Assembly: GCA_000934665.2 (NCBI GenBank)
Contig: KZ538868.1
Location: 186,001-238,343 of the forward strand
From: Catajapyx aquilonaris
Lineage: Eukaryota
Length of the DNA stretch: 52,343 bases
Reading direction: 5' to 3'
The stretch's first letter is position 1. Each line of letters starts with the position of its first letter. The notes under the pieces are model-generated. The model had not been told where the DNA came from, made no database searches, and saw nothing but the letters and a program-made list of their open reading frames with translations. A program made the translations under genes and the position numbers. This document shows, piece by piece, positions 24,141-37,200 of this stretch.

Positions 24141-26337
24141 TTGTATAGGTCAATTGTTACGTGAAATCTATTAGATAAGAATTCAAAAACCTTAACGAAT
24201 TTGTCATTTGTTTTATTGCATTATAAAGTATATGCATTACAATGACCATATATTTTGGTGCAAGTTATTATTGAAAATACACCTGACAGAATCAACCCAT
24301 CGGCAGGGGAAACGGGTATATTTGTTCATTATTACTGCCAAATAAATTCAGTGTTCATAACTGAATCACATCCATACTGGTTAAAATTTCCCAGATTATG
24401 ATTTCATCTCATGTCTGTCTACTCACCTTACTGGCGGTGAATTACTTTCATCGTGGAATTGCCATTTAGTGAACTTTTCAGGATCAAGTGAAATTCCACG
24501 CCAAACTTCAAAGTAAGTTCACAGGAGCGGAAGTCCGCGAAATATCCATTGATACGGATGGGACCTCGATTCTGAACTAGGTCGTGCATCATTATTAAAA
24601 TATTCTGCGTGCATCGAAATATTGAAATTCATTTGGGGCTCTGGTGTATTGCAGAATTCTGGTTGAGTAGGGCGCATTCCCCCAGGCGCCGCATCTGGCC
24701 CTCTCCTGCAGTCAGGAAGTGGGGGAAACGTGATTACCAGCCAACGAGACATTTCCACCAATACGGATATGAGCTCAAATCTGATATACACGGTACGGTG
24801 TCATTTTTGAAAATACATTACCAGGATATTATACAATCTGCAGAATATACCAGTATTTGCGGAATTCTTAAATACGGGCTAGTGGACAAGGACCATAACA
24901 TATCTTACGTAATGTTATATTCTCATGGGTGTTGTGACCGTTAGTGATTATTTCTTCTTGATTAGATGTGAATCACTTCTCTAGAGTACTCAGCGTTAAA
25001 GTCATATCTCTTTCCATCTTTCTTTCTTACCATGGTCAATTCAAGTTCAAGTGGTAGAAGGTGAGTTTACTGAGTTGTAGGCAAAGGTCAACAGGTTTGT
25101 GTCATATGAAACAGAGCGTGTTGTAATATTGAAGCTACCGGAGATGTGGAGTACATCCCTATTCGTCCTTGCCTGGTGTCAACGCATCATGTTCAGTAAA
25201 TAGAGTTGTCTCTACTGCATGTCCGCTAAAAATAGATATTACAGACTGTAACTGCCTCGGACATGACATATTCTTTAATTAATAAACTGGCTGCCAGCTA
25301 GGCCATCTTTTCCAGGGCATTAAAAATCTCTGACATGATGTCATACGCCTACGGACCTGTTATTTTGAGAGCCCTTTATTACAAGTGGCATCAAAATTAA
25401 AACGAGAGTCGCATTACCGTAGTGCCATATCAGTTCCACTTTGGTGACAAAGCAGGATTTCGATCCCGAGCTGTCCGAGTTCCTGACGCAAACACGGGGT
25501 GCTTTGTCATTAATGCAGCATGAGTCCCAGTAAGATCATCATGTCGGGCCACCACTCAAAAATAAAAGGCTCTCTGAAAACAAGTGCAGGAAAGTAGCAA
25601 CAATACTGAACAAGCCCTAACGTGTTGCATGATGGGGAGTTATGTATAGTAGAAGTCACTGAAATTTTATTGCTGCTTTTGCTGCGTTTGTAAATTATTA
25701 TTGCATTCATTATTTTGTTGCTAATTGTTTGGTTAACATGAAACTCGATACCTGACTGGAAAAATAAATTATTCTGCATACTACCCTTCGGAAAGTAATA
25801 TCAATAACGTACCTTAATGGTTTAGTAAATAAAGTTGTCAGGCAAATGATATATAGGTGGAGTTAAGAAGGTGCAGGTGATGCCTGCAAGAAAAGGGCTT
25901 AGGTTAAAAAATAAGTTCAAGCAAGGGCTGCACCTCATTTTACTCAATGCTTTTAGCATAGACCGGTGTTGCGTGCCTGCACGGACCATCGCTGCCATAT
26001 TGATTTTTTGACGAACTGTTGGCCAAAAGGAAGGAAGCGCTTCTTATCCCGAGAAGATGATAAAAGTTCAAAGAGTCCTTACTTTGATGGCCATCTTTTT
26101 ACTCATCCTTGGTACAAAAGTCAGCGGATTTTTATCTCTTAAGAGCTATCTATGAAGTCTAAGTATTTTCCACTGTACAGTATTTTATTGGTAATCAATA
26201 TTACACAATTTTGACTCTAGAAGCTTGTAGCCTTGCCTATCCGAAATTAATGAAATCCACTCATATATTCACAGCCTGATCTTCATTTATTGTGACACAT
26301 TTAAAACAATGCCGTACGTCTTACAGTCACAATGATT

Positions 26338-29300
26338 TCAAAGTTCATCAATTTCCCTGACTGGTCGAGGCTGATGGGATGGGCGCTTCCCCCAGTCCTC
26401 CTTGATCAGATCGGACCCCTTTTCGCCGATCATGATGATGGGAGCATTGACGTTACCGCTGACCATGACAGGCATGACCGACGCGTCCACCACCCTCAAC
26501 CCTTGGATGCCTCTCACTCTCAAGCGTGGGTCCAGCACCGCATCCTTGTCCGAATCTGGTCCCATCTTGCAGGTGCCCACCGGATGATAAGTGGTCATGG
26601 TGATCCTTCGCAGGTAGCACTCCCAGAAGGCCCTAGACCCAACTTGGTCCTGAAACTCCTCGCACCCTGGGTGCGGCCCGTACCACAGGGTCGACTCGTA
26701 CTTCTTCTGAAGGGCCTGGGTGCGGGCCATGCGGTGGGCCAACCGGGCACCCTGTATCATGGTCCTCATGTCGTAACCTTCCTTATCGCTGTAATAATTG
26801 GGTCGGATGGTCGGATGGGCCTCCGGGTCAGCGCTGGCCAGCTCTATGCTTCCGATACTCTTTGGCCTGAGGAGCGAAATCACGTTCATCCAGGAGTCCT
26901 TGCCCAGCACTGGTCCGTAGGCTGCCAGATACGCCTCTTCGGACATCCCATAGGGAGGGTGCAGGTCGTCCCGAAGAGATTTGTCAGAAAACATTGAGCG
27001 GGACACTAAGTGGAACTCGATGTCTGGAAAGTCCTCGTCTCGAAAGCTTTCTCCCTCAGATGTTTCATCAGCGTCCTTATCTAGGTCGTCATGACGCTTC
27101 GTGTCGAGAAAAGCTTTTGCCTCTACTGACACAGGCATTGAGATGGGACCAGTACCGTTGGTTAGCCATCTCTGGAAGGATTGAAAATTCCTGTGAGTTA
27201 AAATGTATTCTGCCTGAGAACACATATCACATAATTGTTAGTTTATTGTTGATAATATTGAGGGTCATTTTTGTTCGTCGGAGAAATACAAGTGACTTAA
27301 TAATACAGTCGTTAATACTAAGCCTAAAAGCGTAGGCTGTTAAGAACAGGCTTCCACATCCGCATAATATTTCCGTTTTATATTGAATAATAGTCTAGTC
27401 TGTAATCATTGTGGGTATTTACCAGGATGTGAAAGCTTGGATTAAATGTATGGAAGATTATTACCAAGTACAAAACTTTTTAAAAAGTTTTGCCTGCCAA
27501 TAATCTCCCCCTAGAACAAAATTCCAATTAGACATCCCTTAAATCCGGATGCACTCTATTTCAGCCTATCAGATCGATATTTATTCAGTACCGGCACCCT
27601 GACCCACCTTCGTGATTATGATCCAAAAGTGAGTTGTTACCGACGCCATCAAATGTGAAAGTTTTGACATGAATTAACTTCTAATCAATATTGACGTTGA
27701 TAGATGACTAAGCGTGTCAGGAGATGTCGTCTACTGAGTTTGACACTCGTACTGTAGCTGTCGCACAAAAAATTGTCACCCAAAGGAAAATAATTGGAAT
27801 TGCAGTGGCTGATAGTGACAAGTCCTGCTTTATTTATGACAGCATTTTATTAATTTGTGCCATATGTACTAAGTGGGCATGTCATAAATGGAACACATTC
27901 CATGATTACAGCAACGTAGTGTATGAAATCGATACAGTTTTTTAAACCATAGAATCATAGATCGTCGCATATAGCCACGTCCCCTCATATTATTATGTAT
28001 AGAAACCTAAACGAAATGCAGAACGATCTGAGTCACACTGGAATTTAGTTTGAAGCTTGAAATCCGCATTATTTATGTGGATCCTTTTTATTCAAAACAT
28101 CTTTATGGGACTTATTCACATATCAGATAACTGAACTGACCATCAGAAATCACTCGTCAAGGGCAACATTACACAACGCCTAATCAACTGCGAATGTTAA
28201 GTGACAATCATACATATCGTGCTTACTTGGACGCATCTTTGAACTTATTCTGCACTCTCATTAGTATTAAAGGCTCATTAATGCACTAATTAGTAAACAC
28301 GATGGACCATACCTCAAAATTCAGTTGGGTAGCGACGAGGTCATCATTATTGGACACGCTCTTCTGAATGACGAATGGGACCACCGTGGCTGTGTGGTCC
28401 TGAAGATTCTGCCCTACTCCTGGCAAGTGATGCACAACAGGTATTCCGACGTCCTTGAGGTGCTTCTCAGGTCCGATACCCGACAGCATCAGCAGCTGGG
28501 GCGAACCCAGAGCCCCAGCAGAGAGAACCACCTCCTTCCTCGCTCTCACCCTCTTCAGCTTCCCACCTTGTTTGAATTCCACTCCAGCCGCCTTCCCGTC
28601 CTCGAGAAGCACTCGATGGACGTGAGCTCGCGTTGATATTTCCAGGTTGGGCCTTCCTCTGACTGGATCCAGGAATGCCTTTGCAGTGTGGCATCTCTCT
28701 CCGTTCCGAGACGTGTACTGGGCCACCATAAACCCAGTTTGACTTTCTCCATTGCAGTCGGTCACAGGGTAGCCCAGTTCTCTTCCGGCTTCCAGGTATG
28801 CTTCCAGAAGGGGTGTGTTGTACGAAGGATGCTCGATGGAGAGGTACCCGCCTTTTCCGTGGTAAAGCGAGTGTTGCAGGTCGGGCATGCGGTTGTCTTC
28901 TGATTTCTTGAAGTATGGCAGGACGTCTTCGTAGCTCCAGCCTGGGTTGCCCATGGACTCCCAGATGTCGTAGTCCTTTCGGTTGCCTCGGATGTACATG
29001 AGGCTGTTCAGAACACTGGTTCCACCCAAGACCTTTCCTCTGGGCCAGAATGAACGGCCGTCCTTCATGGACAGGCAGGTCGTTCCGTCTGGTTCGGTGA
29101 AGAACTCCCAGTCGACGTGAGAGTGCTGGACTCGATCGGCAAAGTAAGGCACGTCTCCCATGTGAGGGACTTCCCCTCCTGCCTCCAGCAGCAGCACTGA
29201 CCATTCAGGCTCTTCCGACAAACGATTTGCCACCACCGCTCCTGCCGAGCCGCCTCCTACGACAATGAAGTCATACTCATGCTCTTCCGCCCAGGCACAT

Positions 29301-29350
29301 AAGGAAAATGGTGATGCCAACAGAACCAGTATTAAGGACTTGGCGTCCAT
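26338..29350 (-). CDS. GMC oxidoreductase GMC7, ~623 aa, signal peptide, C-terminal IDEL
   Basis: Exons 29350-28313 and 27171-26338, phase-0 GT-AG intron. Motifs [45 protein letters not shown] on minus strand at 26286-26291. Confidence 0.95.
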
Positions 29351-31267
29351 GATTTCCTGACAAGTTGACTGAAGTGTTGAGCGCAAGCAGTACCCTACTT
29401 CTCTGATGGGCTACTGCATTCTATCAGTTGGAAGCATTTATCAGAGCCTCAATTGATATCAAGTTCAAGGTTAAAGAATAAAGATAACTAGAGTAAGGTC
29501 AGTTCTGACAAGATTTCGAAAGTTAAACGCTGTACAGAGTGCGTTATGTTTTCTGTGTAGGCTATTTGGAAGCAAAAAGGAATTTATTATGTAGATTCCA
29601 TTAAAATGGGTATAGGAATGAGGCATGTGTTGTGGCCGTAGGTTTGTCCGAGGTTTAAAATCAAGGTTCTAAAACTAATTGCGACAAACTTTGCAGGCGA
29701 TATCCTTACGTCATGATAAGCCTGTGGCAACAAAGCCTGGGTCGGCCTGGATCTTGGGGACAGCCATTCGTTGGGTTTAAAACTTGGTTTATACTCATTG
29801 TTTCTCATCCTCACGATTTTTTTTATTTTTCTTACCTATCAATAGTGAATAAAGTGTATATACCTGGCGGGTAGGAAAAAATGAGAAGTGTGGTAGATGA
29901 ATCGACTGTACAGTAGGGCCTACTTGTTTGCAGGAGATAGACCGGATGAAATTGACCTTTTTTCGTTGCCTCAATGTAACACTGACAAAGGTTAGAATCA
30001 CTCTGATTAAATGCAAACATTGTGCTTCTTGTTTACTTGGACAATTCCAGGTTGACAGTGTAATGAGAAAAATATTTTGAAGTAATTTTTACCAAGTACG
30101 CGTCACTACAGTATATCAGTACAGTGAGGATAATCATTATTTGGCTTTAAAAATTGATCGACCTAGAGCAGCAGTTAATCTGCTGTTGACCTAGCTTTGC
30201 ATTCCACCGCATAACTGTAACTTTCGCTGCTCTTGATCTTGTTTTTCGTAATTCAAATTAATACAATGCCATGCCACACAGGCATAACCAGCAGACATGT
30301 AGCAAAGTTGAAATTTATGCGGCGTAGAACAAATATAAAAATTTGATGATTGACATCTGTAGATATTTGGTTGTCACCAATGAACCATGGCTGTCAGTGT
30401 CACGTTGGAAAACCAGACCTCTGACAACATTGGCGATTATTATATCATATTGCAATATTGTCAGAGCACAGCGTAAAGTTTAATTATTATCTTATTTTGC
30501 CAGGGATCGTCGTTATAATAATTTGTACTTTATTTTTGTACTATATTTTCATCTCACTATGAAATTCAGAAAATGACATTTCGTGTCAGTTTTAAGTAAA
30601 ATGTGTAGTTTTCCTCGTGAAGGAAGAAGAATTAACAACTAATTAGCATTAATAATTGAGTGCGGTATACAATCTAATATTTTATGCGGATTACAATGCA
30701 GGTTACAACACTACAAAAAATGTCTGATACAATAATAATTAGGCCTACCTGTAGGGCTGTAGCACATTTTCAACAAAATGAAAAATTAAAGCTTCAAAAA
30801 CAGTAAACACCTTTTGGGAGGCTTCTCTGATGAAAACAATCTCATGGGAAATTGTAACGTTTTATTGTCACAACATCAAAGAGTACATAATTATTATAAA
30901 AGCCCTTAATATTAATGATGTAACGTGAAGGTTATTTATTATATTGAATTACTATAAAAAGCTGAATATTTATTATCGAGCAAGTTGAGAAACCGCAAGC
31001 AATTCCGCTGTATTTCTTGTCGCATTTGCAGCATTTCCTAGGCCTATATACAGTATAATAATAGTCGCAATACCAAAAAGGTGTATAAATATTATTAAAG
31101 ATGAAACCTGAGCTTTAAAGTAATGAATCAGGAATTATGTTCTCACCTATACTCTACCTAATAATGACAACTGGCCATGGTCATAAAAGGCTTCCTTCTA
31201 TACGAAAAGTCACAGGTAAATAGAGCTCTCTATTCCGACTATTTGGACAAGCTCGATCCAGCCAACT

Positions 31268-34200
31268 TCAATCTCGAGCCAAAAATCCCGTGGGACGAAC
31301 CATCATTTTGGAAGCTTTGAGTGAATAATGGTATCCGTGCCAGTCCTTCCAGTTGATCCCGTCAGCATACGTAATGTGCTCACCTCTCAGGTACAGTCCA
31401 TTCAGGTTCACCTGGAAGATATACCCCACATGCATCACTTCTAGTTGCATAACAGACGTCAACTCTTGCATTTACAGGGTGCGGAGAAAGTTTTCATCTA
31501 GCAGCCAGCCAAGCCTCATTTTGTCACCCGCAGAGGCTAATTTTCCTCCACCAGAGTACATATAAACAGGGATACCGGTCTTGCTTCCTAGAGACTCATT
31601 GCGGCTCTTTTTATTTCTTTCTACGACTGTAAAGGGGCTTTTCGAGGCGATAATAAAAATGCCGGGTGGGATATCTGCGTCTCGGGAACGTAAAAAATTA
31701 TTGAGCTGAGGGGAAACTTTAATGCTCTCCGCCATCTGTGCGTTGTAAACCGCTACTTATTAATATTGCCAGTGAGTATATCCGTTCTGGCAGTGCGTAT
31801 AGCCAACAATGGGATATGGTAAATATTATGGGAATATCCACTGGTATAGGTCCCGGCATCATTATAAGCATATAATGCACGTATCCATTATGTAGGCTAT
31901 TCAGCGACTCACTTTTTGCTGTTAACTTATGCAATGTTTTATTTACATAGCAATGTGGAAAATACCCTCCCTTTAAAAGTTAACTCATATTCCAAAAGCG
32001 GCAGCACATTATTTGATATTCTGGAGCCTGTTTCTATTTTAATATTACCCCCAACCATTTTTGGGTATATCCAACTTTTTTTTCTCTCCATCCTCGTTTC
32101 CCTCTTGACTTTGACGCTATACGGATGAGAATATTGGATGATCTCAGGGAGCGCAACTTTCTCAAGTTAATTGAAATGTCGATGAAGTCTTCCGTCGAGA
32201 CCTCCGTATATATACAAGAGGAATTTGTAAAGTAACTGAGAAATAAGACCTCCAGCTCAGCAGGCGGTATCGGAAAATTTTTGTGGCGCCCAACCGTGCA
32301 AATACCTGACACCAGCACCTGCACCCTTCCCTCTGGATTCTGCGGTCCATTCCCCAGCAAGGTGTGGCTAGATCCCTTCCAGGACTGCGAAAACGAGCCT
32401 GTCAGGTTTAAAGACGTAAAGTGGTCGGTGTGGAATCAGGATATCGAATGGAGTTGGAGGATATGTATCTCTGTTGGCGAGGAGAGACTCCGGAATCACC
32501 TGGGAGAGAAGAGCTGGAGCTCCGGATCGATCCGGACACACCCGCTGCTTCGTAATCAGCGCACACAGCCAAAGGTACCGGAGGGGAGGGGGGTAATGGG
32601 GATGGAAGTCTATATGTATCTATGCAGGTCTGTAATAATACAGAGGTTTTGGTAAGAACTCCTGGGGACCAACTTTCCCTGCTAGAGTAGAGAGCTTCTT
32701 TTCTACTTCGATCGAGTGGAGGCTCTTCACTTATCTCATGCTGGAATGAGTGTTCCAGACTTGATCCTTCAACGGCATCAAGGACTGATCCGTACTATTT
32801 GCATTTATGAGCGTGATGGATGGAGCGGAATTTAGGAGCTGATGGGTCTGAGCCAACACCATGATCATATCGTGAAAATCATTTTCTTTTATTATGGACC
32901 CAGGCATATTGTTCAGGGCAGATAATGCACGCACGTGAGCAATTTTTAAACACTCTCGTCATTTAATCAACGTGGAATAGGGCGGATTCGCAGCAGGTCT
33001 CGCATTGCGTGTGTGCTGCCTTCTGAATGATTCGCGGAGATTGTCTCATTATTTATTAGCAAGCAGTTATGTCATGTAAGAGACTGAAGTGACAATGTAG
33101 TGATGTAATCTTAACTTTTACACAATTTAGGCTATTTTTCACTTGGCTGCTCGGCTAATATTAAAAGTGCAATCATTATAATTGGTGGATTAGGATAGTA
33201 GGTATATCCTGAAGCTGATGAATGGCCTGCCTTCTCCAAGATCGCTGCGGAAGTTTGGCCCTTACAATGTAAACATAATTATTGCAACCCTCTTTGCCAT
33301 TAGTTACAACATGGCAACGTGCCCAAAGTTCCGCCGAGATTTCCTTGCGTATTTCCCCAGTTATATCTAATGGCGAGAAACTGCCAAAAGAAATATCATT
33401 CGATGGCCCAAACATACCTTGTGACAAGAGCGGTACCACCAAGCTCCTCTGTACAGACGAGCACAACTGCCGGTGTGGTACACATCGTTGTCTCTGTCTT
33501 TTGTGCTGAACGGCATTTCGGAGTGGTAGCTGAGGGAGTCACCTGGAAATCATACACGATGTTAAAACTCGCCCTTAGGACCGGCTTAATTGCCCCTTTT
33601 AAATCGTTAACCATCTCTTGACGCATCCTGCAAATCAGATTACATACTCCGTTAGTGCAGCACTTTTGCGTCGACTTGATCTCGTCAGAGTGTCAGCCTC
33701 GTTTTTATTCCCCGAAAAGCAATCTAGCATCTTACACACGCTCAGGTGAGGAAGAGGAATTTTTATGTCGACATTTGGGATGCTTTTGGTGGGCGGTTGG
33801 TGCTGCAGTTCCTTTCGAGATGCAAATGGGAGCACCTCCCGAGAGGCGAAGGTTCTGGTTACCTTGCTGCAAAACAAGTTGCTGAGTAAATCCGAACCCA
33901 GTGCGCAATTTCTTTTCCTTTTTTTTCTATCCCGCCCACCACGTCGGCCCCATTCCAGTCGCTGCCATCGCAACGGCCATTCCCTTTTATTTTCCATCCA
34001 TCGATTGATCGGATGCTGCTTCATGCTTGCTCACCCACCCAGAAAGCATCTCTTCCATCATCTATTGCCTTCCTGTCCGCCATCATTATTCCACCCTTCT
34101 ACCAACAGTCAATTTGACCCTTCCAGATTAGCGTTTTCTGTCAAAACAGGCTGGACTTTTCAGGGTTGACACTGTCTTGACCAGATGCAAAATAATGGCT

Positions 34201-37200
34201 GTTGATGGCGGCCGTAAATATTTGAAATCGAAGCGTGCAAGTGACGGAAGTGCGTTTTCTGGGCCACTTCCAATTGCCATCTCTCTAGTTCCTTGCTTTC
34301 TTCCAATGGAGGCTGAGAGTTTGCATCTGAAGCAAGCTGCTCTCTCCTTGTGCTATTGGATTTCTGTGCAAATTGCTGAGGATGCCGGGATCCTTTTCTT
34401 CAGATTCACCATGCGTAGTCTGGGTTTGGATTCAATTTTGAATAGTTGGTGCATTTTCTCCAGACTTGGTTGGGATCCTCGTTATTTAGCTTGGATTCAG
34501 TGTGGTAATAAGAGAATAAACGTACCCGCATTTCCCGAATATCCGGAAACGTGGAGGCGGAAATTGTCGTCATTGTCGGCCAGCCTGAAGTTCCTATAAA
34601 GAGCGTGTTTACGCTCTCCTCCAAAATCCTCCAGGTCCACTCTCATGCTTTGAGATTCTCCAGATGTAATGAGATGAATTGTCTCCAAGCCTGCGAGGAG
34701 ATTTCATATAGAGACAATGAGCCAGCCAGAACCACCCATTCAGCTGATACCTATCCAAAACTCGGACCGCAACTCTCCAAACCCCCATCTGTAGTCGTTC
34801 CACGTGCCAAAGAAGTCCAGCTGCTGCTCTGGAGACACGTCACCTCGACGTTGAATCACTGTCCAACCGCCGCCGTCAGTCTCCAAGTCGCACAGAACCT
34901 GCAACCAAATCATAGGCTCCAATATAATTCATCTCAGCTAATACTGACATAACTTATCATTCAAAATTCAAAAAGCAATTTTGATTCATCATGTACATTT
35001 TGTGCATATCAAATCACATTGAAGTCTGAATTTCCAGTCTGCGGATCACGCGCCAGTGTATAACTGTTTACATTATGTATTATTTGGCTCCGCTTGGTAT
35101 ACAGTCGAATGACCGTACAGTACACTAAAGCGTCAAAGGGTACAGTATCTTCAGCTAGATTTTGCGGTTCGAATGCTTCTGCCATAGGTTTCTGCTCCGT
35201 GAACTAATTGAACCCGAGCCCAATTGAAATGCCAGGAGCCGAGACAAATAAAGTCGACCCAATCAAGAGTGCGGTACCTTAATGTTGTAACCTCCTTTGC
35301 AGGTGCGGGGGTGAATGGTGTATATCCCGCTGACGTTGTGACCTGCCTTTTGGACCTCTGCACAGTCGGACGGGGCTGCCTCCAGGTTTTTGTTGCGCTC
35401 CTTACACACGGCTGCACTCAGGTTAATCATTTTAGACATTTTAGTCCACCTTTGACCATATTGCTGTACATGGTGTGCCATAACTACGTTCTAAGATAAA
35501 CGCGAGTTCATCCCAGAACGTTGGTGGTGTTGTTATGGAACACCCTGTACCATCACTCATCCTTACTTACCATCAACGTGTCTGGTGATGTCGTGAGCAC
35601 TTATTGATGGCGGTCCGCTTTTAGATCCAGCGCAATCTTGCCCTAGGTTGAGGAAGTGGTCCATCAACTGCACCACCAGTTCCTCTTGTTCCTTCAGCGC
35701 CTCCACCGTCGCCTTGGACGCTGACGACGACGACATTTCAATCTCCTGATAGCAACAATAAGGCCGTGAGGTAACGTTTATTGATGCACAGACACATGGT
35801 GTTCCCACCATTCATTGATGCACAGAAGCACAACGTTAACACAGCGGATTAATCCTGTACAGCCTTAAAGTGCCTTTCAAGGATTGCTTCAGATATGCGA
35901 CCTTGAGAATGTAAAGAAGTTGAGTGCATAACGTCTGAAATGGGCTCTTACTTCTAAATAATTAAGGAGCAGCTGTAGGACTGCAGAGGCATAAATACGA
36001 TGATGACTATAATTGGAGTCAGGGCTAAAACCCTGGTCGATTATTAAAATGGTCCGAATGGCGTAACGGACCTCACTCTAGGATACTGTCATAGTTACGC
36101 ATAATTATTAATTAGTCCGACATTGGCATAGCGGAAGTATGCGCGATTTGCCAACAATGAGGGCTTTTCGTTGGTGGATGTAGAACTGTGATTACATCTA
36201 ATTGAATCTATTGATCGAGACACGTATAGAAATCTCGTTGCAGGGAAACGGGAAAGAAAAGTCTCATTTGCGAGATTGCCAGGCACTTGATTGTGATTGG
36301 CTGTGAGGCAACTGGGGAAGCCTGTAATTATATCCGGTACCAACTTAACTGATAGTGAAGCAAGCTGCGGGGCTCACAAATTTTGCGAGAACGTTCCGCC
36401 AGCCCGGATTTCATGTTTGGAGCAACTTCCGCACGGCCGATATTCAATTTTGTTGACAGAGTGACAATTCTGCCTTTATAATAAGTGCAACAGAATGGAA
36501 ATTTATGATTGACAGTGCCCAAATCTGTTATTTACGCCTGTTATGTTATTCGGATAGGATATGTTTGTGAGCACTGCTTGATTAATGTACCTGTTTCTAA
36601 AGGTGGCTTCGATAACACTGTTAGCGATAATGAGTTGAAGCCATGGCAAATTATTGGAATCCGCTGAAAGAACACCCTAATGGAGTTCATTGAAAGAGGA
36701 AGCAATTTCAGCTCCTGAAAGTGTGTTCCCGGGCAGGTAACATAATTAGGAGTTGATTAGAATTTTTATCAGGCAGTTTCGGGTCTGTGGTGAGCCTCAG
36801 AATAGGCCAGATATATGAAATTGGAAATCCGGATCTTGTGATGTCCGGAAGTGAGCTGCAATAGCCTTCCTTTTGTTTCCATTTAGTCCCCCCTATTCCT
36901 CAAGGCTTTGTTCCGATTGTGCCTTACCGCACTTGGGAGATAGGCATTCGATTCCTAGAGTTGCATTCCCCTTTCCCCCCAAGAAAAAGGCCCCAGTTAC
37001 GTGATTGGGAAAAGGGCGAAAGGCTTTTGGGATGTATGCGGTAATGGGAGTGGCATTTATAGTCCCAGGACTGAATTGAAGAAAGGAACTAGGTTTCAGG
37101 ATGCAATTCGTTGCTAGCCAATAGCCTGTTCCACCCCTAGTGTATTGCTCGACAAGCGTGTACTGCACTTCCACCTAATCACACGAAGTATCGACTGGTG

